This document shows, piece after piece, positions 1 to 13,447 of a stretch of 64,000 bases of DNA. The DNA is taken from contig CM120643.1 in NCBI GenBank assembly GCA_051362555.1, positions 25,176,848-25,240,847 on the forward strand, written 5' to 3'. Under the pieces are notes generated by a model. It was given only the letters and a program-made list of their open reading frames with translations. It did not search any database and was not told the origin of the DNA. Made by a program: the position numbers and the translations under genes. Positions within the stretch are counted from its first letter, which is position 1, and each line of letters starts with the position of its first letter. This DNA comes from Lingula anatina. Taxonomy: Eukaryota > Animalia > Brachiopoda.

Positions 1-2345
1 GTCAACAGGAATTTCTGCAGCAGGCCCTATAATTACGCAAAGCTCGAGTCTGAATCAATATTAAACACAAAAAATCAATCACCATGCATGGGTGAAAGAT
101 TCAGTTTCCAGAGCCAGTTCAATGGCTATACGGGGGCTTTTTCAGTGTCATAGTCTGCTGTGATAGGCAGGACATATATTCTCAGGAAACAGGAGACTGT
201 AACAGTACTCGAAAACAGTTGAACCTGACAGGAGCTAGCTGTACTTATGCTGTAATACTATGTGAGCATACACTGTTGCCGGGGTGTAAGAATTACCCAG
301 GGTACTAGCAGCAGGGAGGATTGAAGAATGTGTCAACAAGGCCGGCCGGCTTGCACTTCATCATACACTGTTACACGTGAACAATTCATGCATGCCAGTT
401 TACTTGTTTGCATTTCAGTACATGCGTGACTGGCATTTCATCACAATGAATGGAAAAAAATGATAATTCTACTACCAATGGCAAAGTCGAGGACCCTAGA
501 GGTGTTAAGCAGTGTAGTTGTCGTCAATAGTGCACAACGACAATGTTATTCAAGGAAAATACAAGGCTGAAATAACATTCTAATTCCAAAAGTTTTCTGT
601 TTGCTATGAGTCAAGCCAGAAGATAGAGATAGTGAATGCATTCAGTGGCTGTTTGTGTTAATGTACCTGCTTCGTGGAATAATAGAGCAATTGACTCTTG
701 AGGTGACATCCAGCAGGTGCTTGCTTCATCTGTCTGGTCTTGTGTTGTGTGACCACATTCGGGTCAAGGGCAGTAGACCAGAGAATACAAACTGGAACTT
801 GCTATAAACAGGTGCCCATTAATTCTGTCCTGTCTTGTCCTGTTGTCCTGACTCACCACGGTAGGGTCACTGTAAGTGGCCTGCAGATTAAGAGCACCTG
901 TCTGCTGACCTTCCGTGTGGAATGACCACTGTTGGGTCAAAGGTGGTGGTGGAGTTAACGAGATAAGGTGGATGCACTAAGGAGAGGACTAGTAACTGGT
1001 GAATCACCTGAGAACTGTTGTCTTGGTCAGTCTGCTGATTTAAAAAGTACATGTAAGTATATTTTGTGTGACTTTTTCTCTTATATTTTGATTATCTAAA
1101 AAGTTAAAAGTATATACAATTTTGTGAGTGTGTTTGGAAAGATTCTTAATAATTAATTGTTTTTTTTTTTCATTTTTCTTCAAAGTTTTAGGTTGATAGT
1201 TGCCTTATAAACTTAAGATAACTTACTAGTTCAAAAAAACAGGTTATTCGTTGATTTTTGTCTTATGATGGCAATTAAGAAAGTAAGAGTAATTAAGGAA
1301 GTAATTAAGAAACTGAAAGTATTTTCTACCTACAAGACAGAACATTTGATGCCCACATTGCCAGGTGGGGCATGTGATCTGAAGGCATTTTGATGAAGGG
1401 TCGCTATTAACAACATGCTGTATAGGTAGAAAATGCATTAAGTCTCTTTAAAAACAATTTACTTTTTACTAACTTACAAATTGTTAAGAATTGGCTTGTG
1501 CTACTGCTAAATAATTTGGTGTCTTTACTCATGTTTTCAATGTTTTTATTTCTTCCAAACATTTTCAATAATATCTGTTTATTTACAAATTATTTACCAA
1601 AGTATATAAAACTTTAAAAAAACTTTAAAAAAAAAGTCATTAGTGAAGAATATTATGTGAACAAAATTAATGCAAGTAGAATTTCAAGTATTCTTCTTGT
1701 AACCAATTTATCTATTCAATAATACTAGTAAACTCTACTTTTTATGTGGTCACCACAGGGGCGTGTCCTTTATCTGGGTCTTCTATTTGTCCAGTGCACG
1801 CAGTGGACACGGGAACACTGGCCTTCGCAATATAAATAGCTGTTTGTTGTTTACTCAACGTTGACATAACATTGCACGGAATCAAACAAGGGAGACTGTC
1901 ATTTCATTGGACAGGGGCAGCATTTCTGCTCAACTGTGATATTTGCTATTCAGAACAAGGGCTATTTGTCTAGCTCTTGAGACCCCTTACATGCAGTGAT
2001 TACTTTGTATCACCTGTCCAATTTTTTTATCCATGTGAAGGGCCCAAGTGTGTTTAGTTTACTTACATCTAAGATTTATTAACCAACAGCCAAAGCATTG
2101 ACCCTTTCCGGTTGAATTGAAGCTTTCAGTCATGTTTGTTATCCATTGAGAAGGCCTGTGTATGGAGAATTTAAACCCCACACCTGTTTTGTGTCCTCTT
2201 TGACACCAATACCTGTAACTGTATAACCATGAAGGATGTTGGACTAGGCAGTTATGTCTATACTGGCAAGGTTTGATAGGGAGTCGCGCAACCTTCTCCT
2301 CAGCCAATTGAATGCTTCTACTTATATTTCTTATTTACCAGGACC

Positions 2346-5300
2346 ATGGCGCGTAGACTCATAAGCGATGTCACATCAGCGCGAACTCACTCACATTCCT
2401 TAACACTGAAGAGTGAGATGAAAACGACAGAGGTGATTATAATAGGTAAGGCATTTCTTCATCACTTTCACTTTTATTGAAGTGATGTGCTTTCCTTCTT
2501 TTTTATGTTTGCTTATTTTTTTATTTTATTTATTTATTAATATTATTGATATTAGGTCTCTGTCATTTGATTACTATTAAAATTATTACTTGTTGTCTTT
2601 TATTTTTTATTTTTTTATTTCTTCTCTAATTTTTTAAAGATTATATCAAGATAAAAAAGGCATACTTAGTAGTTCATTAAAAGGTTATTAATACATATGT
2701 GCACATAGGGGAAGTTATTAAAATTTCACATTTTGCTTGTTAATGATTGAAAATTCTACGTACAGTTGCAATTTGCAGGAAAATACTTTTGATTGTGCTA
2801 ATTGAGAGATGTTCTTGAGCAGCTAAAGAATTTTGAAAATTGTAACTTAGATTTCTGACTTAATGGGACGTCCAAGTTGGTGAGAGTTAGTAGAAATAAA
2901 AAATAGATAACAAAATATTTTTAGTGGGTGCCCAACGTAAACTTTCCCACTGAAACTTACTGGTGTTTGAAAGCCTCGTTTTATGGTTTAATTTACTGTA
3001 TTTTATGACACATTTTCATTCGTATATCTACTGCATATATTAGAAATGCGAAAATGCTCTACTGGTGTTGCTTTTCACACTTATAATTTTTAATTGTAGC
3101 ATGTTCTGGAAATTACATAAGAACCACATGCTCTTAAGATTTTATCAATGAATTAAGATGCCAGCCATTATTGAGTTGTTGAACCTTGTAAATAAAAGAT
3201 GTTGGGCATAATACTCACTCTGAATGATGGAATGAATTATTTATTTGTGTTTACTTAATGTCTGTGTATTCATGCATGAAGGGGGGCCATTGTATTGTTA
3301 ATAATGGCACTTCCAAGAAGGTGGGTGGATATTTCCATAGTTTTCAATGGAATTTCCACAGTCCATTTGGAGACAATGTATGCCTAGACTGATACCAAGG
3401 ATGCAGTATTTAATGTTTTCAATCAATACATTGGCTTTCATTGGCCTAATGCTATGATTTTAATTACTATATCAGTGGATGAATATGTGTACTGTTGAAG
3501 ACTGAGTCTCAGGAGATTGAAATAAAATTCTGTATCCTAGTAAATGTTTTTGTGTATGTGTCTGGGATTGGTTGTTTGTGTGTTTATGCAAGTAATAGTG
3601 GGAAGGGGAGGAAAGAGAGAGAGAGAGAGTTGTGAATAAGAAAACATTGATGGAGATAAAATGAGACTGATATTTCACAGAACTACCTTGCAGTGAGAAA
3701 TATGATATAACAAAAACCAGTTCAGTACAAGAAAGAGTTAAGGGTTGGTTGATCTGTAAATAAGTCTCCCCTTTCTATATACAGTTGAACTGTGCACTAA
3801 GCTTACTTCAAATCTAAATTAAGTACTTTCCAGTTGCATTCTCCAGTTTTCCTTTTCTTGTGGGAGTTAATTTTAGATAAAAATATGAGTGGCCCCTCGA
3901 TATGATCGATATTTGACAATATATGGTTCATAAATATTGCAAGTCATGTTCAAGCTTTTCATGGTAAACAAGAAAAACTTTAAGCCCAAAAGCTTTTCAA
4001 AAAGAAAAAAAATGCAAGTCATCCCTCCTCTCCACAGAATCCAGGGTATCTAAAGGCCAACTTAATATATTTAGGTTATGTTTGTGGAGCACAAATCCAT
4101 GAAGTATTGAATTAACCCACTGTTTGTTTATTGATTTTTTCATTCAGTCACAGGCTTTTCTTGGTTTGTAACAGTACATGTAATTTGTACAGTAATGGAT
4201 TTTGTGAAACCTGGGCTCAGATTACAGATGATGAATACGCATGTATTTCGAAAGTTAAGTTAGCCTGTTTGTTTTTTTAAAGCAATATGGAACGCCTTGC
4301 TAAAAGAACGAAAGTAAAACCTTTGCTCAAAAATTACATATTTTAGCTGACGTGAAAGCACATTGTCAGGGAATATACACATAATATGTACATGTATGTA
4401 ACAATTAACTAAAGCTAATTAAGGGATAAAACAAGTGGTCTTCAAAACACATTTACACGGTATTTCCAAGTTTTTGGAACTTAAGAGAATTATAGCCAAT
4501 TACTAAAAAAAGTGAAAAAAATATGGGCAGATTATCTGAAATTAATTTGAAGCAACAGTTTAAATTTCCACAAGGTGAATTGGACAAGTAACAAAAAAAT
4601 CTGCATTTTTACAAGCCTGAAGCTAAATCTATTAGTCAGCTGCCTAGGACTAGTAGCTAGCCACATAGGCTCCAAGTACCTGGATAAGACGTAAGTCCTC
4701 CGTTAGCTTCTGATAGCCATTACAGCATAATCATGGACAGGTGTAATAGCCATTGTTATAAATGTACGTACCTGACTGCACATAACTTCACTAAATCACG
4801 GCGGTTTTTTAACAAATGCAGATAAATGGTCTTCATGTTAACAGTGGAACGAGACTGTGGTGTAAGAAAGCAGAAACATGATAACTGATAGTCCAGTATA
4901 TATTTATATTATTATTATTATTCTCTGTACATTTTCACCAGCTCTCTCTGCTGTTTAAGTACAATTATAGAATATCATAATATCAGGTAATAAAAAAGTA
5001 TTACTTTGCATCTTTAATTATCATGAGTTTGGATAGAAACTTTCTATGAATTGATCGCAAACTTTCTACCCAAAACCAGGAGGAGGCCTGTTAATCTGAT
5101 AAATTTGATTGCATTCAGCAAGAGTCCCCATGGAGTTTGTGTGCAGTAGCTAGGTTGTTTAATTCATTGTGAATAGACCCTAAAACCTTTCAGTTTTCAT
5201 CTTTCTGAAAATGGTGAATGCCTGAGTGGCAGCATCACTTGTATAATCACTTTGCTGATGATATAAGTACATAGCCATCATTTCTGTTGGCAAGACTTTT

Positions 5301-5905
5301 TCACCATATGGCGTCATACATTTTCTGTACAGGCTTGAAAACCTTATGTAGCATCCTGCCCACATTTAGGTGCTAGGTTTAGAAGTCATGATAGAGTTTT
5401 GCTTGTCTGTTTAAAGGCATGTGCTGGGGAAATTTTTCCTTATTTTGTTCTTGTAAAAAAAAAAAGATAAGACAATTTGGTCTGCTTTTAGAATGGTATA
5501 TTTATCATTCAGTAAAGAAGTTTAAAAAAGAAAATATATTCAGTCTGGAAATGTTCTTCACTAACTTGAGCTGTAATGACTATGTTTAAAATGTTTTTTC
5601 CATATTTATTAAGATTTGAAAGAAATTATAGCAGTGATTAACCCTTTTTTACACTTTTTTTTACTCATGTTAGGAAATGGACCATCTGGTATCACGCTGT
5701 CCTATATGCTGTCTGGACATTGGCCTTATTACAATGGTCAACCACTGCCCCCAGGGCAGTCCAGTGAATACTTACAGATGAGATTAGAGGATAAGAAAGA
5801 TGTGTCCTTAGTTGAACAGGTGAGTCTTGGAGTGTGTTAGGTGTGATGAGGTTTAGCATTGCATTGGGTGTGACAGGTATTGTCGTCATTTTATGATGTG
5901 CAAAA

Positions 5906-5942
<37 letters not shown>

Positions 5943-6278
5943 TATTCTTTTTAAAATTTTTTAAATTTATTTTTGTATTTGGTTCACTTTAAGATACTAT
6001 ACTTCATATTGGTTCATTTTATCTTTCAGGAACTTGAGAGCCTGTCTGATGGGATTGAAGGACGGAGTACTAACCCGGTAGCTGTGTTACTGGACAGTCT
6101 GAACCACCCAGGGGCTGATACGGGACTCAACAATACCTCTGTGCTCAAATGGCAGCTGCATAAAAATAGACACATCCCACATGTGGTACTGGGGAAGACA
6201 CTGCCTGGAGGGGCGTGGCAGGTCTGGTAGCTCTCTTACTCTCTTTTGGTCTCTGTTATAATTTTTGGGGGTCAGAAT

Positions 6279-6356
<78 letters not shown>

Positions 6357-8038
6357 ATTTAAACAGTAAAAGAACTGGCAGCTCTTAATTATGTAGTTAA
6401 TACTGAGTAATACTGTGTAAATACTGAACAATGTGCCAGTTGTAATAGCTAACATACTTGTAGAATTTCCTTCACTGAAAATTGACATGTTCTGCTCCAG
6501 ATGATGGAGGGGAACATGCAGACCCTGAGTTTGGGCAACTGGATGGAGCTACCTGGGAAACCTTTCAGAGAATGGCTCAAGAAACACAGGGCAGCAAAGA
6601 CAAAGTGAGTCATTCATAGAAATATGATGGGGCTCTTAATATTCCACGATTTATAGGTTCTACCAGAAGAGTTATTTTTGTTTTATAATGCAATAATTTA
6701 GAATTAATTGCAGTCATTTCAAGCATAAATAGAAAATTAAATATGTATTAGTGTCTTGCATTAAAAAAACTATTTTTATTATTTTTATTATGTTCACATT
6801 GAGGAATTTGCAAAAGACATCCATCTTAAAGTAAACAGATCTTTGACTTGTTCTGTTAACAGTGATTAAGATACGGGTTGAAAAATGACAATACAAACTA
6901 GGTACTGCTGAGTTAATGTAACATAAGACAAACCCTATCAGGAAAATTCATCTTGTGCAATTCTAGACATAATAACTTCATAACTTTCAGCTGTAATAAT
7001 TATTTCCAACTTCTATTCATTTACAGTGAGGAGAATGGCATCAGTGACTACCCTACTGACCGTGCCAGTATGACAGACCTCAGAGACTACTACCAGGACT
7101 ACGTCCACTCTAATGGCCTGACTGACCACTTCCAAAGCCATTCCACGGTCACCTCGGTCAGGAAAGTGGTGGACACAGAGACAGTGGTCAACATGGAGAA
7201 CGGAGAGGTGGAGGAACTGATGACCACTGATGCCGAGGGCAATAAGTCCCCTCTGTGGGAGGTACGGGGTTTCCACTTCAAGGAGGAAGACGATAACGAG
7301 AATGTCGAGATTGAAGAATTCTGTTACCGTGCACCTCACGTTGTCTTGGCGACAGGATCATATGACCTCCCTAACAGACTGCATGTGGAAGGAGAGCAGT
7401 ATCCTTTTGTTCTACACTCCCTCCCAGAGTTGGAAGAGAGACTTAACGTGGGCGACATTGGACCAGATTCCGACCCTGTGATGATAGTGGGTTCTGGTCT
7501 GACTGCAGCAGATGCCATTTTGTGCTGCATGAATGCATCCATACCAATCGTGCACGTGTTCAGGCGGCAGCCAGACGATCCATCTGTGATATACAACTCG
7601 CTCCCACCAAAACTTTACCCAGAGTACCACAAAATACTACAAATGATGAAGGGCGAGAAGAAAGACTACGAGTGCTACAAGCCATACGCAGAGTACTCCA
7701 TTCTTCAGTTTGGTGTGGACAACCAAGTTCTCATCAAGGGCACGAAGCACAAGTGCACCCCGATGATCAAAGTGTCCTACGCGGTTGTTCTGATTGGCTC
7801 AAAGCCAGACCTGACCTACCTCCCCAACAGCGGCCGAGATCTAGGTGTGGTGCCAAACTGTTGTATCGACTGTAAGCACAACCCCCTGGATCTGGATCCG
7901 TACACTTTCCAGAGTAACTGTGAGACGGGGTTGTTTGCCATGGGGCCCCTCAGCGGGGACAACTTTGTGAGGTTCATTCAGGGGGGCGCTTTAGGCATCA
8001 CAAACTTCTTGTGGAAGAAGAGGACAGAGTCCTTATAA
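2346..8038 (+). CDS. OSGIN: Oxidative stress-induced growth inhibitor (OSGIN1/2-like) FAD-dependent oxidoreductase; coding exons 2346-2445, 5674-5819, 6030-6221, 6501-6604, 7027-8038
   Basis: GT-AG exons join in frame to give VIIIGNGPSGITLSYMLSG...EGRSTNPVAVLLDSLNHPGAD...HVVLGKTLPGGAWQ...TLSLGNWMELPG...VVLATG...VGSGLTAADA...GLFAMGPLSGDNFVRFIQGGALGI, motifs typical of the OSGIN family. Acceptor at 2340-2341 implies an upstream non-coding exon (candidate donor near 1053). Confidence 0.9.
6283..6354. repeat. (TC)n microsatellite in an OSGIN intron; similar simple repeats at about 5909-5937 (TC), 13394-13444 (GA), 40072-40136 (TA), 54414-54490 (TG)
   Basis: Directly visible dinucleotide runs; they explain the ERERER, SLSLSL, YIYIYI and CVCVCV ORFs. 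Confidence 0.95.
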
Positions 8039-10021
8039 ATCTTTAACTGTGATCTAATGTTAAAAGTGTCATACTTTTTGATGGAGAAATTGATTTATAT
8101 ACTGTATACACCATGTGTTCTATTGGCATAATATGTATAGTTTTCAAGCGTAGAATTTTTGCTGTGCATATTTTTCTACAGCTTTTTGTAGGAAACGGGT
8201 TTTTCATTGATATGTGGGCTACACGTATGTGTCCCAGCATTTCTTTGTACATTTATGACAACAAAATTCATGGAAGAGTAGATAAAGGTTATGTTTTTTA
8301 TGGAAGTAAGTATATTATCATAAAACAAAAATTAAAAGGATTTTTGAACATTTGCCATTTTTGTTTAATACATAGAAAAAAGTAAATTGTCAAACTTATC
8401 ATGTTTCACTAAGGTCGAATTTTAGATTTTGTGTCACATCAAATTGGGTCTTGCAGCCATATTGTTTGATTGTTGTCAGTAAACCAATTTTTAATTCTTT
8501 TGGAGTGAGCCATTTCATAGTTTGAAAGAATAATTTTATTTAATGTTCGTTTTGAAGTGCATTTAGTCTGGGAGACACCCACTGTCCTTCCACTAGAGGG
8601 CGCTTTGCACTCAACACGACCTTAAATTTCATGTAGACAGTATCTTGGTTGACAATTTTTTTACTTGTATACAGCAATAGATTGATAAATCAGTACTAAT
8701 TTGTGTGAAAAAAAACATGTCTTTTGAGCCAGCTGTTCGTCATGGTATGAAATAGTTTAAGTGCAGACACACTTCCTTTTTTTTCAAATGTGAGGAAATG
8801 CACATAATGTGACAATATTCCACGGACTTGACTGAACACAAACTTTTTGTAAGTGCTCTATTTTTAAAAGAAATGCACAGAATAAAAAGGGCATTTTATC
8901 AGTATCCATTATGAAATTTCGATTTTAATCTTCTAATTAACACCGTGTGACTAAATAGATTTTTAATCCGTGTTACTGCTTAAGATACGTTAAGTATTCT
9001 TAAAGAAATGCACGACATCACTACCTGTTCTTTTGTTTCACACGTCCATCTGAATCAGGTAATTCTGATTGAGTTTTAAACAGATCAGAGCTTTCAGACT
9101 GATTTTGGATGTAATTTATTTCATTCTGTGTCATGTCATTCCAAAGATTCATCATTTTCAAAAGGGACCGCACGTAGAATTTTGTCATAGAAACATTTAG
9201 AGTACCTACCAGCCATCACGGTTACCTTGGAGTTCTACACCTAAGAATACCTTTAAATAAATGTTTTCGAAACACTGGAAACTACTTTTTCTCTTTGCGT
9301 TACAGGGCCATTTTAGAAGGAACACTAGTGATTTAATCTTATTTGTTTCAATGTTTAATTGAACGATTGCAGTGTTTTGCCTTTTCAGAGGTAAAATATG
9401 AACTAAGCATTATGAGATCTTGCATGTACTTGAAATACACAGCGGTGACGCTCAATTGACGTTGAAATTACGTACGTAAGATAACTGGGAAACCGATTTT
9501 GTTTTTGTACTTCAAAAAAACAATCATGACGTCATAAAATGACATGTACAAACGCAATTAAGTCAATTCTGTGAACACTGATGATTTATCTTTTACGCGG
9601 GCAAATAAAAGTGTTATTCGTCCAAGATTAGGCTTTAAAAGTGGAATGGTGGTCGTGATATGTTCATATTGACTCTCTCTGCCAAAATTTTCCTCTACTC
9701 AAAGAACAGAAAACATCTTAAAATAAGTCTTATGTGACTTTCTGAGGTGCATTTGCATAGTGGTGTTTTATCGTTACGTCATGCTTCATTTTCTATTTTC
9801 ATGATTATCTTCACTTTTTTTTACAAAATTACTAATAATAAAAATGATTTGTGATTACGAATAGGACCGCTTGCGGAAGTCAGAAATCTAGCGGTACAAT
9901 TTTAAACCACCCACAAGAGCTAACTTAAATCTGTTGAGAACAGAGCTTAAGTCTTGACAGATATGAGTTAAACCTCCGGGGTTAATCCGACTGGATGACG
10001 CAGTGCCTGTAGTTAACAACT

Positions 10022-10178
10022 CAGGGGCGGATTTAGGCCGTCTTCTGGGTCTTCTGGAAGACGGTCAGATTTTCAAGTTTACATTGTCAGCCATCTAATG
10101 AAGACGGTCAAAAATCGAAGATGGATCAACAAAGATAATTTGGAAGACTGTCAGAAAATATCTCTGGATCCGCCCCTG
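10022..10178. mobile_element. hAT-like MITE (CAGGGGCGGAT...ATCCGCCCCTG) with 8-bp TSD
   Basis: Terminal inverted repeats; flanks taacaact / taacgact (one mismatch). A related, more decayed copy lies at 10701-10928. Confidence 0.75.
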
Positions 10179-10269
10179 TAACGACTACATAGGTATTTTA
10201 AAATTATTATTTTAATCTCGGGAAACCCGGAGAAGAACACACCGCTGGATAGGTTGGATTGAATACTAA

Positions 10270-10519
10270 AGCCTAGATTACATTAAAATGCGATGCCCGT
10301 ATGGTGCGTATACTGCCCGTGATACCCTTTTTGTACGTAGCGTCTGAGCAGAGGTAGACGGTGGCCGTGCGAAATAGCACGGAATCGTACGGATTTAAGG
10401 CCATGTAATGTAGACATACTCGGCGTAGCCCGCAGCTCCTTAAGATTTCAAAAAAAAAAAATGATAATAATAAAATAAAAATCGTGCGGACAGTTGCGCG
10501 TGTAAATGTAATCTAGGCA
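10270..10519. mobile_element. PIF/Harbinger-like MITE
   Basis: TIR gcctagattacatt...aatgtaatctaggc flanked by taa on both sides. Superfamily is inferred from the 3-bp TAA TSD only. Confidence 0.6.
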
Positions 10520-11132
10520 TAAGTCTGATGGTATACTCTCGGACATAATATTTATTATGTCCAAGGTATACTGTATAAATGTCAGTAGAGTTCCCACCGG
10601 CACTGATTGTCCACCCACTGGGCTGTCCCTGTGTCCAGTGGATGTAGAGTGAAGTGTACCAGTAGTAGAGAAGAGGGAGGTATATGTGTATACTGAAACC
10701 CAGTGGCGGATTTAGCCCCCCCCCCCCTCCCCCAACCTTGTTTTTTGGTCCCCTCTTGAAATTAGAATTCTGATTAGCTTAATCATAGTTCTAAAACGTA
10801 CCAAATGGCTCCGTTCGCCCTCTAAAATACCAAAATTTTCGGGGCCCTTCAGCCGGCCCCGAACCCCACGTCAAGTGAGAGGGGGTGGCTTCGCATCCCC
10901 CCTTCAAATAATCCTGGACACGCCCCTGCTCTTACCTATTGGCAGAGTGCCAACAGGCAAAACTGTTCACTATGGTACAGGTAATATTGAACAGGTAACA
11001 ATGACATGTAATTAATAAAACTACTTGCAACACGTGAGTGCTCTGAAGCAGAACAGAGCATTTCATCGCCTATATAAGCATCTTCGTGGACATTTTCATG
11101 TATTTTGGGGCCGATCATTCGTGAGCTCGAGC

Positions 11133-13390
11133 ATGATGATGTTCCTCCTCCTCCTTGGCGTTCTTTCCGTCCTCTCCGTCGGGACTTACGGGCAGAATAC
11201 GAAAGATGCCGTGGGTATTTTCAACAGGAAATACGATCTTTACCTTCTAACTATACAGATTGAGAAAATGCGTGAAAAGCTGTTTAAAGATTGTCCGGGG
11301 TTCTTCAGTCAGCCGGAGAACGCAAAAAAACTGGCGCAATTCTTTGGGAAGAGAGAGGTGGATCCCGCCAACCTAGATCTGAAGGTGGAACTCGCGCGTC
11401 ATTCGTTGGACAACATCAAGCAAGAATATCTGAAGTGTATCAAGGGGAATTCACAAGTTGTCACCACAAGTAAGTTCACTGCTGAAGAAAAAAGAAGACA
11501 GGTTGGTTACAATAATCTATAATATTATTACGAGTCTGACAGCAGTAATAACGTTGAAAGCTGGGTTGAAATCTGTGATATGCCCACATGTACTATATAT
11601 TGTATAATAGTACCACCAGCTCAAGTACACATGGCGGTACAGATGATTTTAGTCTCAAACTGTATCGTCCGCCGGTTTCGCCGCCACGTCACCGTTACCG
11701 CTTTTCCTCCTAGACAACAACAGCCCAAGAGCCCGTGTATCCATCGCTTGTATGTAGGTCACATATAATCCCAACTCTATCCGTGCGGATTTTGGGCTTT
11801 GTCGGTGCACCGGTCTAGGGTTGGCTGCCGTCCCAATGCACCCTTGTCCAAAATTTGCAAAATTAAATGATAAATATCTCTTAAACCGAGGGCATTATGG
11901 GAAAATTTACAATAGATGGCTGAACGAAAGTCATTTGTGCAAATTTCAAATATGCCCTTGGATTTGATCCATGAACTTTTATTTTAAGGTCAAATGGACC
12001 AAAATTTTCTAAAAATGAGTTTTATATATATATATTAGTGCCGATTTTCAGAAACTACAAAAACCTAACCTATAAAATTATCGGCAGGTATTGCACTTAC
12101 ATGTAAAGTCATCTTTCAGGTTTCTGAGTTTGGGGTCAATTAGTGCATTTTCACGGGAGAAGCAGTCACTGGATTCCGAAACTGAAAAGTCTCTCTAATT
12201 CTGAACCCGTAAATGCTAGAAACTTCGTTTTTTGCATGTTATATATCTTGTCAAGCGCAACACTGGAAGTGGTGTCCTTTTTGGTTTTTTGTTTTCCATA
12301 CGGTTTACGAGTTGCCCTATATCAAAACGTACAAAGTCGCAATATTCATTGGTTAAAATAAAATGTAAACTAACTCTAAAATGAGCAGAAATATGCCATA
12401 GTTACTCTTGAACTTGAGTAGGAAGTCATATTCTGTCAATATGCGATCTTGAAATTGACCTTTGACCTACTTTTTGCCATGCACTGAACTTTGCAAGTTT
12501 TCTGTCCCGTATTATCTTGAAAACTGGCAGACTATTGACCTTGAATGGGAAGTCATATACTGGCAATCTAAATGTGACTTTATAATTAACCTTTGTCCTA
12601 CTTTTCACCATGAGCTGAACTTTGCAAGTTTTCCATCCATTATATCTTCAAAACTGGCGGAGATACGCCCATACATTGTAGCTACTATTGAACTTAAATA
12701 GGAAGTCATATATTGAGTCTTCCTGTGACCTTGAAAGACCTTGAAATTGACTTTTGACCTACTTTTCGCCTTAAATCGCATTCACAAATTTGGATTTCAC
12801 CTTTTACTTTCCCCTATGATTTTCCGATAAATTGTAATTTTCAACCAAAAAAAATTGAGAACTCTTATTTAATGCATTTTCTAGAGCTTGTCAAGCACAA
12901 CATGAATTTACTTCAGTTGGTGGTACAATACCTGGAGGCGGTATTGCCTCTGATCCTTCAGTTTATTATCATTAAGCAATATTTGGATGAATGCAAATAT
13001 TAATCAATATTTTTGTTCACTATGCAACCATCAGAAATAAATTGATGTGACACCCCCAGCATCGTCAACATAAAGGAATGGAATACGATAAAAAAGTATT
13101 GATTATATCTCCAGCTAATCGAGTTATATCGATCTAATAAAAACTTAATTAACACGATCAAATGAATTCTCAATAATTAAAAGAAAAAATGTTATATTTC
13201 AGTTAGAGATAATTGCATCGGTAACAGCTGTAGGAACAATGGCACGTGTATTCCCAATGAGAAGAATTACACCTGTAGATGTCTACCCGGGTACAGCGGA
13301 GATAGGTGTGAGAAGGGTGCGTGAGTCTTTTGGGCATAAAAGATATTCAGGTGGCGAACACTCGTGACATTTGTTCTGAAAAGGGAGTGT

Positions 13391-13447
<57 letters not shown>

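Noticed and set aside
6087-6488. 133-aa minus-strand ORF with ERERER run, and similar ORFs at 13267-13585, 40069-40320 (N-terminal part) and 54379-54660
   Set aside because: Products of dinucleotide microsatellites or antisense to real exons; no independent coding evidence.
11470-11522. ORF-track C-terminal tails KFTAEEKRRQVGYNNL and the poly-Lys tail at 17502-17572
   Set aside because: They lie after consensus donors (gtaagt, gtgagt); the poly-Lys is an intronic poly-A run. Intron-retained short isoforms cannot be excluded but are unsupported.
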